Positions 1 through 12,010 of a DNA stretch of 64,000 nucleotides are shown here, piece by piece; position 1 is the first letter of the stretch; each line of letters opens with the position of its first letter. Origin of the DNA: Heteronotia binoei. Taxonomy: Eukaryota. The stretch spans positions 24,180,001 to 24,244,000 of the forward strand of contig NC_083226.1 in the NCBI RefSeq assembly GCF_032191835.1, written 5' to 3'. Below the pieces are notes generated by a model. It ran no database searches and had not been told where the DNA came from. It worked only from the letters and a program-made list of their open reading frames with translations. Made by a program: the position numbers and the translations under genes.

Positions 1-420
1 ACTGATTGTTGACTGATTTTGTTCAGTTGGCAGCAACACATAACACTTTCATTAAATAGCCATGTGCAAACAAGACAGTGGAATGGACATGTCTCACATG
101 ATTTCATTCATTATGGTTTATGAAATTGTACCTGAGGAAATAGCTCAGGTTGTGCCTTGGGTGCATGGAAAAGATCATGGGGGATGTGATCATTTTCACA
201 TAGCACAAGCAGGCAGCAAGGGGTTATTTTAGCACTCCATCTTGCACAGGTTCTGTGACACCCAAGGAAATCTCTGTAGAAACTACTCCACTATACTATT
301 TCATTAAAAAAACATATTAAAGCATTGTGCGTTGCTGCCAACTGAGCAAAACTGATTGATATGGACCGTGCTTGGTTTGCTGTTATTCAAAGCCACCTCC
401 TTTCTCTCCTTCTCTTGCAG

Positions 421-451
421 TTTCTCAACAGGGTTTTCATGCGAGTGAGAG
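421..451 (+). CDS. THEGL: THEG-like (SPMAP2L) micro-exon, xSQQGFHASE(R); gene continues upstream of the window
   Basis: Long polypyrimidine tract ending ttgcag|421 and donor |gtaaga at 452. Ends in phase 2 and joins exon 5588 to give ASERIQHLAQPKK, a THEG-repeat motif. An alternative acceptor exists at 432. Confidence 0.6.
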
Positions 452-1963
452 GTAAGAGAATACTTCTGGGGTCACCATAATTCCAGGAAGGGACAGGGTG
501 AATGAGTCCAAAGACGGCATCCCTGTCTTCCCTCAGGCACGGCACTGCAATGAGTTTGATTTGCTGCCTGATGTTAAACATGTCAGGTCCTCATAACCTG
601 CTGTGTGCAGGATGGGACTTGCAAGTGGCTTTTATGTGAAAGTGAGAACATTTGGAAAAAGCAGAGCTCAAAAGAGTGAGAGGTGCCTCGTGGCGAGGGG
701 GAAGACAGGAAAACAGCAGTGCCAGACAGATGGAAACTGTCGCTATCCTCAACCAAACGTCTAGCAGGAACATACTTGCTACTTATCTATATTAACAGTT
801 CCAAGACACTGTCATGGCTACCGTCTGCGCTTCTGTCAGGAAGATACTAAAACACTCCCATCTAATCATAGATTTTTTCCTTGCTGTGTTAATTTGATAG
901 AGATATTGGTTCACATGTTTTTTCCACTGTAAATTCTATGTAGAGGTATGTTTGGATTTAGAATCTGTCAGATCCCTGCCAATGAACTACTGTATCTGTG
1001 GTGAAGTTTCTGTGCTCTGCAATGAAAATATAAGCCTGGGATAGCCAAACTGCGACTTGGGAGTCAAATGTGACTCTTTCTCACATATTGTGTGGCTCTT
1101 GAAGTCCCCACCACACAGTTGGCTGGCTTGGACAAGGCATTTATCTCTTTACATCACTTCGTCAAGCCAAGCCAGCAGGACTCAGAGAATGCATTTAAAG
1201 ATGCTTTCTTTCCACCTCTCCCTCCCTCTCCCATCTATTTGTGCGCCTGCCTGCCTCCCTCCCTTCACATCTTGCAGCTCTCAAACATCTGACGTTCATG
1301 TCTTATGGCTCTCGAATATCTGATGTTTATTCTGTGTGGCTCTTTCGGTCATCCCTGATACAGGCTAAGATAATATTGGGTTGTCGGTTGGGGAAACATC
1401 TGGAGATCCTGGGTGTGGAGCCTGAGAACAGAAGGGGAGGGACTTCAATGGGGTATAATGCCACCTTCCAGAGCCATTTTCTCCAAGTGAACTAATCTCT
1501 GTTGTCTGAAGGTCAGTTGTAATAGTGGGAGATCTCCAATTGCTCTTAGAGGTTTGGCAACTGGAGTGAAACTCATGGATAGGAGAGGCGGAGAAACAAA
1601 GCTGTGTTTCCATGTGGAAAAATCAGTAAGAGTTTGAAGTTATGGATCATTTTTGAAGTGCCTTGATGTGAACTGAAGCTTAGAGAAAGCCTTCGGGCAA
1701 AAATGGGGTCTGATTTTTCCAGATAGTCTCATTTAGCTCTGATGAAAACATTAAAAAGAATACTGCACATCCGAGAATCACCTATTGTCGGGTTGAAGTC
1801 CGCTTTCTCTCTTTGGCGTGCTGAAGTCCGTCTTAACTACTGTAAGAAGTACGGCCGGATTTTTCCACACAAGTGCAGCTTTGTTTCTCCGCTACTCAGA
1901 GGTTGGCATTTTGCGCTGGTGTCTATATCTGCTTCTGAATGGCATATGAGCCATAATAAAGAC

Positions 1964-2162
1964 AAGGCTCTTTTTGAGCAGGAATGCATAGGAACGCAGT
2001 TCTGGCTGGCTAGGTGTCAGGGTGTGTGGCTTTATATGCAAATTATCTCCTGCTGGAATTTTTCTACAAAAAAAACCCTTGTGAAACAGTGGTGGCGTCA
2101 GTGGGTGTGGTCTAATATGCAAATGAGTTCCTGCTGGGCATTTTCTACCAAAAAAAGCCCTG
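1964..2162. mobile_element. hAT MITE related to the CAGGGCTTTTTT family; other copies at 3084-3191, 7502-7679, ~8690-8850 and 63385-63557
   Basis: Perfect TSD ataaagac; shared core ggtgtggcctaatatgcaaatgagttcctgctgggc. Confidence 0.8.
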
Positions 2163-2914
2163 ATAAAGACTGACCTACTGATTCTAAAAGAGCCCATGGG
2201 ACTGTTATTTGCCTCATTGGTGGTTCCATGTGCACTGATGGGATTTGCAAAGGTTGGACAAATTAGACACCTCAAGGCCATTTTGCATTGGAACAGTGGA
2301 GGAAGGAGAAGGCTTAAGCACCATCTCCCCATTCACCTGGAAGGTCCCAGTGGGTAACCCACAAGCACACGTCTTTCAGACAGTCCAGGTGGTGAACCTG
2401 GATTTGTCCTGAGGACTGTCTATCATCATGTAGTTAGACTGAGACCACACACACTGGCTTCGCTTGCCTCTCATTGTTTATTTAACCCAGTGGGTGCTTC
2501 TGAAAGACAAGGCCACATAGAATTATTCCCCCTGCCTTGCCCCCATTTCCGCCTCAGGAAGATCTGTTCCCGCCCATTCTTACTTATCCTGCAGCAGTCT
2601 GTCAAAAAAGACATCATTATCAAATGAACTTGAATAGGAGGCGCTTAGTTTGCAGGGAAGTGTTCTGTACCTGAGCGTGTCCTGGCTTGAAGAAAAGGCC
2701 CAAGAGCAAGGTCTGTGCACACCGGAGCAGCTTTGAAGCGGAGGGGTAATTAGCTAAGCATGTTATCTGGGGTGTTGCATTGAATGAACATAATCACCGG
2801 TTGTTTTCTTGCCAGGCTTGTGGTCCCATGGTAAATCAGTGGGAACAGAGAAACTGAAATGCACACTAGTTTTTCTACGAAAAAAGGCTGCAGAGTCTGG
2901 GGCTTTTCAGTTTA

Positions 2915-3545
2915 GAAAAGAGATGGCTAAGAGGTGGCTTGAGAGGGGTTCATAAAATTATGCACATGGGGCATTGACCAAGAGAACTTTTTCTCTCTCA
3001 AAATACCAGCACTTGAGAGGGTATTCAATGAACTGGAGGGACAGTAGATTCAGGATGGACAGAAGGAAACACTTCTTTACACGCAGGGCTTTTTTTTTTA
3101 GCAGGAATGCAGTTCCGGCTAGCTTGGTGACGGGGGTGTGGCCTAACATGCAAATGAGTTCCTGCTGGGCTTTTCCTACAAAAAAGCCCTGTTTATACAG
3201 ATTCTGGTGCGTGACTGTGAAGAAGCAGAACAAAGTTTGAGTCCAGTTCAACAAAGACCACCAAGGAAGTCCAGTTCAACAAAGACCACCTTAAACCTTT
3301 AAGGGCAACAGTGCTTTATTCAAGAAGTGCATGCACACTTCTTCAGATACAGGTGTATCTGAAGAAGCATGCATGACATTATACCTTGAATAAAACTTTG
3401 TTGATCTTAGAGGTATTTCTTTACACACCGAGTGATTAAAATTTGGAATTTGCTGCCAGAGAATGTAGCGATGGCCACACAGGGAGATTTATGGAGACAG
3501 ATCTGTGGAAGACAGGTCTATCAATGGCTACTAGCCATGGTGAAT
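2915..3545 (+). mobile_element. CR1 3' fragment split by a compound insertion at 3083-3416; other CR1 3'UTR pieces at ~12575-12730, ~33140-33320 (+) and ~48404-48560 (-)
   Basis: GLFSLEKRWLRG and FFT..VIKIWNLLP motifs on either side of the insertion. Confidence 0.7.
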
Positions 3546-5184
3546 GACAGTCTCCACACTCAGAGACTTTCTGGTTCTCTTACCTTGGTTTTTCCATTGA
3601 GAGCTTGTCTGAACCTCTTCCCTTTCCTCCTGAGCTACTGCTGTTTGTTTGCTCCCTTTGTCTGTCTGTCTCTCTCCTTTTCTCCCATCCATTTTCTCTC
3701 TTGTCTCCCCCCCACTATGAGAATTTATACTGTAAATTCCTGGGGAGCAGAACCCTGCCTTTTGGCTGATGTCACCCAGTGACAGTGCCATCCAAGGCAG
3801 AATGATAACCTTCCCGAGTCCATTGAAGACAATAGGAACAATATGACAAAGCCAATATGATAAAACAAGCCAGGGCAAAAATAAAGACTGAGCAGTCCTA
3901 AAACAAGTGGGATCAGACAGCCTTTTGGCCAGAAGCAGGCCATAAAACTGCTAAAAAAGATTTGAGAACCCCCTGGGTTAAAAGCCATGGTAAGAGTCTC
4001 TGCCATGAAGTGCCCTAGAGGCTGTGGTGAAGCAGTATCAATAATAAATGGTCACTGGTGGCGAATGTTCCCTTTAAGCTCAGTTAGTGTGAGCTAGCTC
4101 AGTTTATAGCCTCCAGCTCACACGTTTTTGTCTTAGCTGAGGACAAATGGTCTCAGAACAAACTAATTTATGCAGTAGCTCACGGTGTTAATGTCACTAG
4201 TTCACAAAGTAGAATATTTGCTTACAAGACTCCACAGCTGAGAGGGAGCATTGCTGGTAGGTGGAAAGTGCCCTCCAGTTAAAGCCAATTCATGGCCGCC
4301 CCTCAAGGGGTTTTCAAGGCAAGAGATGAGCAGAGGAGGTTTGCTCTTGCCTGTCTGCCTAGCAGCATTAGACTTCCTTGGTGGTCTCCCATCCAGATAC
4401 TAAACAGGGCTGACCCTGCTTAACGTCTGAGATGTGATGACATCAGGCTAGCCTGGCCCATCGAGGTGAGGGCAAATAGTGGGTATATCTAATAATTAAC
4501 CAGCTGGCCACAAAACCAGACTACCTAGCGGACATCTCTGCATCCTTGGTGGACTTTTCAGAAGACGAGATGGTCATAGCAGCTGAGCAACAACTAAAGT
4601 GTGGGGAAAGGATGGAGCCCGGAATGCCAACCTCCACTTGTGACCTGAGGATCCCCTGGAATTACAGCTCATCTCCAGACTACAGAGATTGATTCCCCTG
4701 GAGAAAATGGGAGGCTTTAGAGGGTGGACTTTATGGCATTGTATCCCAATGATGTCCCAGTCCTCTCCAGGCTCCATCTCTAAATCTCCAGGAGTTTCCC
4801 AACCTGGATCTGGCAACCCCATCCTTGCATCCCCACCGGTGGTCAGGGAGGACCTGGCAGCCCCTGATGGAGGAGAATCTGGACTGCTTCAGGCTCCAAA
4901 GATTTCAGGGGAGATATGTGGAGGGGAAATATGGGATGAGACACGTACACCTTCCCCTTTGGAATTCCTCATGGGATTCCATCATGTAGACAACAACGAT
5001 CTGTGACAAAAAGAAGCGTGTGGCTCAGTGTCCTTGTTATGCAATGCAATTGGCTGAACAGGCCCTCCATTTGAGGAAACGTTTCAGATATTTCTTGGAG
5101 GCCATCAGGTGTCCTGCCTCCAAAGACTCTCACTGGCATTTCTCCTTTCAGTCTCTATTACAGCCCGCACAGGGGAGACTGTAC

Positions 5185-5368
5185 CAGGGCTTTTTTCTGT
5201 AGCAGGAACTGCTTTGCATATTAGGCCACACACCCCTGATGTAGTCAATCCTCCTGGAGCTTACAGTAGGCCCTGTACTAAGAGCCCTGTGAACTCTTGG
5301 AGGATTGGCTACATCAGGGTGTGTGTGGCCTAATATGCAAAGGAGTTCTCGCTACAAAAAAAGCCCTG
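5185..5368. mobile_element. Fold-back hAT MITE (TIR CAGGGCTTTTTT family)
   Basis: Near-complete internal palindrome; perfect TSD gactgtac. Confidence 0.9.
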
Positions 5369-5587
5369 GACTGTACCATCACTTGGGACACTGTGCTGGC
5401 ACAGTCTCTATCTCACACGCTTGATTTCTTGTGCAGCCAGTTGAATAATATTTTTTTTCCTTCTTAGAATGGTTTTGCGGATGGAAACATAGGCACTGAG
5501 CCACCAGGGTTTTACCTCTCCGTGTTTCATAGCAGCCCCCCTGTTTATATTTATCTCATAACTTACACAAAAATGTGAACTTTCTAG

Positions 5588-5641
5588 GATCCAGCATCTC
5601 GCCCAACCAAAGAAAACAGAAGACGTTTGGAACTATTCTGG
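5588..5641 (+). CDS. THEGL: THEGL exon: (R)IQHLAQPKKTEDVWNYS(G)
   Basis: tttctag| acceptor and |gtaag donor, 54 nt, phase 2/2, THEG motif RIxxLAxPK. Confidence 0.85.
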
Positions 5642-6713
5642 GTAAGAATTGTATGAATTGTAGTAGCACTACTTGGAATGTGTACAGTGCTTTGGAAAAA
5701 CTATTTCACTTGTATGATCCCCATAGTCTTAGCATCCCAGCTACAACAGCCCTGTAAAGTAGGTCAGCCCTTATCATCCCATGTAGCAAACGTTGGGGGA
5801 GGGCATGCAAGTAGACAGGGGTGAATAATTTTGAAAGCAATCCAGTCTGTCTGAGGAGCAATCCAGCTGTTCCATCAGAGGAGCCAGGCTAGAGTCAGAA
5901 GCTTTATAGAACCAAGTGCAACCCTATTGGCCCCTGGTAGGTCACCTGACTGCTGCAAAAACACTACTTGCAATACACCTTCCGCTGTGATGTCATATTG
6001 CGATGCAGGCCAGAGCAGGTAAAACAGCTTTGGCCCTGTAAAGTTTTTATGGTGGCACAAAGGTTTAACAGCTGAGAGTTTTAAACCCTTCTGAGTCCAC
6101 TGAAGTCTTAGAAAGGGTGAACACCTGCAGCTGAATCAGACCCTGCTCCATCAAAGTCAGCATTGTCTACTCAGACTGGCAGTGGCTGTCAGTTCAATGT
6201 AGTGGTTAAGTGCGTGGACTCTTATCTGGGAGAACCAGGTTTGAGTCTCCACTTCTCCATATGCAGCTGCTGGAGTGACCTTGGGTTAGTCACAGTTCTC
6301 TCAAAGCTGTTCTCACAAGAGCAGTCTCTGTCAGAGCTCTCTCAGCCCCACCTACCTCACAGGGTGTCTGTTGTGGGGAGGGGAAGGGAAGGAGGTTGTA
6401 AGCTGCTCTGAGACTCCACGTGAAGGGCAGGGTATAAATCCAACCTCCTCTTCTGCACTCCAGGATCTCAGGCTAAGGTCTTCACATCAACTATTGCCTG
6501 GTCTTTTGAACTAGAGCTGCCAGGGTTGAACCTGGAACCTTCTGTGTGCCAAGATGTTCTACCACTGAGCCACAGCCCCTCTCTCTCTACTTAGGGTGCC
6601 ACTGAAAGGCACAAATTCTATGACCTGATATCATTTGAGCAGCAGTGTCTGAAAATGCTGGGAAGCGATATACCATAATTTCACTACATAGAAACTGTTT
6701 GTTCAAGAGCAGT

Positions 6714-7120
6714 CAGGGCCAGAGCGTCCCAGCAGGCTAGGTTGGTGGCCGCCTAGGGCTCTACCTGGCCTCAGAGGCAGCCAATGGGTGCCCCTTCCCT
6801 GCATGTGCCCCGCCACCCCAGTGCCCCTTCCCTGCTGCTGCTACACTCACCCTTGCTGTCCCCTTCATTGCCTTCCTGCAGGCAAGTGGCAGCGGAGAAG
6901 GGGCGCTGGGGGCGGCACAGCAGTGGGTGCGCTCAGAGACGCTTGGAGCCTGGCTTTGATGGAAGCAAAGCCCTGGGAAGGCTGAGCAAGCACAGCAGGA
7001 CGGCGGGTGCACTCAGTGCCACGCTGCCTGCCACTGCCGTGCTCACACTCACTGATGCTGCAGGCACAGGTGGGGGGAGGGTGGGGACTTAGGGTGCCAG
7101 AAACGCAGGCACCGGTCCTG
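6714..7120. mobile_element. GC-rich hAT-like element with CAGGGCC/GGTCCTG termini; relatives near 25244-25607 and 40005-40470
   Basis: Terminal inverted repeats and an imperfect 8-bp TSD agagcagt/agaacagc. Confidence 0.55.
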
Positions 7121-7930
7121 AGAACAGCATCGCCCCTTTCCAATGTACCTGCACAGTCACTTGGGTGGATCGCTGCAGTGTAAGCCTTTTAAGAACTGCA
7201 GTGTCAGATTGTGGGAGTCTGAGAACCTAACATAGAAGGACAGCAGCTCAAGCACTTTCACGACACAGTGCCCCCCCCCCCCAGTAATAATAAGTGGGTT
7301 CCATGAAACACACACATAAACCATAATACATCATAATGTCACATAATCAAGCTGTTCGGATTGTAAATCTGTGCAACACAATTACTATTTAGAAGTCAGT
7401 GAACCTGGGAGAATCCCCACATTTGAAAAGAAGAAAAAAAGATTGTTAAAACATAGAGGATTTTTAAAAAAACGTTATTCGTGGGCAGATGTTGGGGGAA
7501 AATGGGCTTTTTGTCGCAGGAACTCCTTTGCATATTAGGCTACACCCCCCTGATACAGCCAATCCTCCAAGAGCTTATAGTAAGCCCTATAAGAACAGCC
7601 CTGGAAGCTCTTGGAGGATTGGCTACATCAGGGGTGTGGCCTAATATGCAAAGGAGTTCCTGTGACAAAAAAAGCCCTGGCCAATTGCCAGAATTTGGGA
7701 GGCATGACCCAAAATGGAGCCTAAAAACCGGCAGCAGCCAGGAGGTAGACGTGGGAAAAGAGGTGAGAAGGAATTGGGAAATGAAGAGACAGCAGAGAGG
7801 GCAGGAAGGGATTTCCTTTCTCCACAAGTTCTCATGGCTCTGACGTGTTCCTGTTCCAGTGGCAAAAGACAACATAGATAAGGGGTGTAACCCTGATCTA
7901 AGTGGCATTTCTCCTCTTTCTTCACAACAG

Positions 7931-8059
7931 CCGGCTGGTCTGCGGAAACCAAGAAACCATCTGGCCCCTCTCCTCAAAGGCCCTGACATGCCAGCCCAAC
8001 TTGAGAATCCTGGACCTGGCAAAACCCAAGAAGAAGTTGGAACAGAAAATGCAGTACAG
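7931..8059 (+). CDS. THEGL: THEGL exon: RLVCGNQETIWPLSSKALTCQPNLRILDLAKPKKKLEQKMQY(R)
   Basis: ttcacaacag| acceptor and |gtcttg donor (weak), 129 nt. Aligns to recalled human THEGL [33 protein letters not shown]. Confidence 0.9.
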
Positions 8060-9043
8060 GTCTTGTCCTTTTTATTTTCTTCCATCCTTCAGTCCTTCCC
8101 TCCCGCCTGCTTGGAAAAGGCATTTGTCTCTTTATATTACTTTGCTAAGCCAGCTGGCAGCTTGGAGAATGCATTTGAAGTTAAAGTTGCTTTCTTTCCA
8201 CCTCTCCCTACCACCTACCTCTCCCATCTGTTGTTCTTCCCTCCCTCATGGCTCTCAAACATCTGATGTTTATTCCATGTTAAGCAGGTTTGGCCACCCC
8301 TGCCATGGAGTCTACCTTCCAAAGCGGCCATTTCTTCCAGGTGAACTGATCTCCAACCACCACCTGGAGATTGGCACCTTTACAGGTTACACAGTGTCAG
8401 TCAATGCAAGTCAGCTGGATGGTCTCCCACCCAAGTACTGACCGTGGCTAACCCCACTTAGCTCCCAAGTTCTGACAAGCTCAGGTGAAGCTTGGGTTAT
8501 CACACTATAAATCATGCAAAATAAATAAATAAAGTGAAACAATCATACAGATTTGTTAGAGACAAGACAGTGCTTCCAGAAACTTACCCTCCTATTAAAC
8601 CCCAATGATTTAAAAGCATTTTCACCTCTAACATGAACTTAGTGTTCAGATCTGTTGTTAGTTTTTACAAACACATGTTGTATCCCAGGGGGTATTTTAT
8701 AGAAAAAGCCCAGCAGAAACTCGCCACACCCCCTGACGTCACCATTGTTTCACACAGGGCTGTTTTGTAGAAAAAGCCCAGCAGGAACTTGTTTGCATAT
8801 TAGGCCACACACCCTGATGCCAAGACAGCAAGAACTGCATTCCTGCTCAAAAGAAGCCCTATTGTATTCCAAACTTGGACTGAATAAAATTATACATATA
8901 ATTATGACCATTGAAGGTCACATTTGATTCAGGAGGTGGTCACCTCAGTCTTCCACAAAATAATACACAAACACAGCAGCTTACAAAAATCCCATTGGAC
9001 ATTGCCAGGCACTGAGCCTTCCTTGGAAGGTTTCCATCTAGGT

Positions 9044-9463
9044 CAGAGGTGTCAAACTCATTTGTTATGAGGGCTGGATCTGACATAAATGAGACCTTGT
9101 CAGGCTGGGCCATGTGTGTGCTCATTTAAGATTAGGTAACAGAGACATAAACTTTATAAAAGACACAGACAAACCCAATTAATTGTTTAAAACCTTAAAA
9201 TAAAGCTGTGCAAGTGAGAGAGCCTGGCAAAGCAAGTTCTGCCCCCCGCTTCCTCCCCAAAGGAGGAGCCTCAGCCAATAGACAAAACAGAGGCTTTGCT
9301 CTGTAGCTGCTGTGCTGTTGAGCAAACCTGGCAAGGCAAGCTGTGATGGAGAAAGCAGCAAGAGAGAGGGAGAAGGAAGCAGATGACATTGAGTTGTTCA
9401 TGGGCCTGAAAGGAGCCCTCTGGGGTCTGATTTGGCCCTCGAGGTGCACGTTTGACACCCCTG
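9044..9463. mobile_element. hAT MITE (TIR CAG(A/G)GGTGTCAAAC family)
   Basis: TIRs plus 8-bp TSD atctaggt/gtctaggt. Confidence 0.85.
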
Positions 9464-11574
9464 GTCTAGGTGGTTTAATTATGCATTTTTGGGAAATCCC
9501 CTCTATAAACGTAACGGTTGTGTGTCTTTGGGATAAGGGTGCCAGGTCCAGCTGGCCACTGGCAGATGCTCAGGGGTGGGGAGGAGAGGGCTGCCAGATC
9601 GAGGCTGAGGAATTCCTGGAGATCTGGGGATGGATCCTGGGGAGAACGGACTTGAGTGGGGATAATGCCACAGAGCCCACCTTCCAAAGCATCAGTTTTC
9701 TCCAGGGGAACTGATCTCTGTAGTCTGGAGATGAGCTGTAATTCTGGGGGATCCCCAGGCCCCACCTGGGAGCTGGTATCTCTCAAGTAAACTCTCAAGT
9801 AAAGGCGTTTTAAAGGTGTTCAACCAGGGGGTCCAAGAAGGTGTTCCCATCCCCCGTTATTTATTTCCAATGAAGGGAAAGCATTTAAAAGGTGTGCAGT
9901 CCCTTTAAATGTGATGGCCAGAACTCTCTTCAGAGTTCAGTTGTGCTTCTCATAGCCTTGCTCCTGGCTCCACCCCCAAAGTCCCCAGATATTTTCTGAG
10001 TCGGACTTGGAACCCTACAGGACATACTTCCTGCGCCTCTAGCCATCCTAGCTAGTTAGACTGAATTAGAATCCTGTCTCTACTCTAGAATGGTGTTCCT
10101 TATAATAAAGGACTCATATTAGTTTTACAAAATTAGAGTCTCCATGTATAACTTCGTTTCTAGTCGGCACAGACAAACCAGATAGACTCCACTGCTTTAC
10201 GTGCCTTGAGCATTCTGCTAACCCAAATAATCCTTCACTTCTGACTTGGTTGGTGACCCATGGACAGATGCCCTCTGAGGAACCTGAGTATTGGGCAGCC
10301 TTCTGTTTCCCAAATAAATCTCTCTGTATATTTTTTGCGCATGTAGCTTGGCACTTGAGTCAAGTTGCACCTTTAAGACCAACTAAGTCTTATTCCGAAT
10401 GTAAGCTTTTGTGTGTGCATGCACACTTCTTCACTTGGCACTTGTCAGTTTTTAATTCCCCCATATAACCTGAGACAGACTTAAGGAAATTTTTGGAGAA
10501 CATTTCCATAGAAGCCCTCCAGAGGGAGCTCAAGAGCTTCCAGTCCTGCAACTTTGCTCACCTGTGGTTGAAAAACACCAGGGGCCAGAGACACCCCTTT
10601 GAAGAGGAGGGAGAACTCGAAGGGAATGCCACCGCTTAACTCTTCCCCCACCCATGCATGCCGCTTAACCACAGGCCAAACCTGTGTTCTGAGTTAAACA
10701 GGATTTTGGTACACGGGAGTTGCAAGACTCTGAAGTGGGATGTGGAACTTCGTGGAAGCTGCTCCCTGAGAATAAGTTGTTGATTTCAGAAGGAGGTGCC
10801 CTTGGGAAGAGCCTGCTGCTTGGTGAAATGATGCAAATCCAGGATATTTGCCGGAGTTGGCAACTCTGGGTGTTGTCCAAGCTTCTTAACAATTGCATTT
10901 CATCATCCCTTCGGCCATTTCATCCCCCTGTAATCAGGCACAGGGATAAACTGCAATTTCCCCCTGTCACCTTGCCAAATATATGCGTTGTGACACACAT
11001 TTTGTTTGCATTCAATCCACAAAATAAATTGCATTTTCTATATATTTGATACACGGGCATCTGCTAATTATGTCATTATATCTGCAAGGTTTTGTGCGTG
11101 TGCGTACATTTATTATATCCTCAATTTTAGTTCTGAAGCCAAACGTTGGGGAAATATCAAGGCATTTCCTTGTTTCTCCTTAGGGGAAGGTGGGATGGTG
11201 TAGCCTGATCTTGTCACATCTCAAGAGGCTAAGCAGGGTCAGTACGTGGAAGGGAAACCTCCAAGGAAGACCCTGCAGAGGAAGACAACGGCCAACCACC
11301 TCTACTTCTCACTGGCCTTGAAAGCCCCTCACTGGGGTTGCCATAAGTCAGCTGCGACTTGACAGCATTTTACACACACACAGGGGGGCAAATCTATTGA
11401 CAATTTGAGCATGCTGATATGTGGCTTTTTAATGGTGGGAAATCAATAACAGAAGCAGAACAAAATCAGTGGGACCTTCTCTTGGATAGTGATCCCAAGC
11501 AATGGGATAACAACACAAAGGGTTGGCCAAACTTGCTTAATGTAAGAACCTCAGAGAATACAAAAACAACAACA

Positions 11575-12010
11575 GCAAGCCTTTATTGGCATAGAACAGA
11601 TTTAGCAGTAAAATAGCAATATAAATAATATAAAATCCTAGATAATAAAGTACGTAGGGAGCTAATATACATAAAATAAGTAAAATATATATGAGTCAAG
11701 TTTAGTCAAATTAAATAATTAAAACAAATAAAATATGCTAATTCCAGAACCATTCTCTGTCGTATTTCCATGGCCTGTTGAAGAAATCTAGCAACAGTTA
11801 AAGTTACCTCAGAACAAGTGTCATTTAAAAGTTTGTGGACTTTGCCTGAATCAGCACAGCCCAACATATCTGCTAAAATATCTTTCAGGTATATTCAATG
11901 AATATCATCATAAAGGGGACAATTCAATAATATATGGGAAACAGTTTCAGTACACTTGGGATTACAAAGACAATGTCTATTAGAGTACTCAATCCTGTTA
12001 AATCTACCAA
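11575..12010 (-). mobile_element. Degenerate LINE 3' end; similar A-rich minus-strand LINE tails near 13075-13450, 14545-14930, 16350-17060 and 31330-31800
   Basis: Begin with tttatt (AATAAA on -) followed by A-rich sequence and coding-like remnants. Family not resolved. Confidence 0.4.

Noticed and set aside
387-581. 64-aa minus-strand ORF
   Set aside because: It is antisense to the THEGL micro-exon and its polypyrimidine tract; the RRRERR run comes from the CT-rich acceptor.
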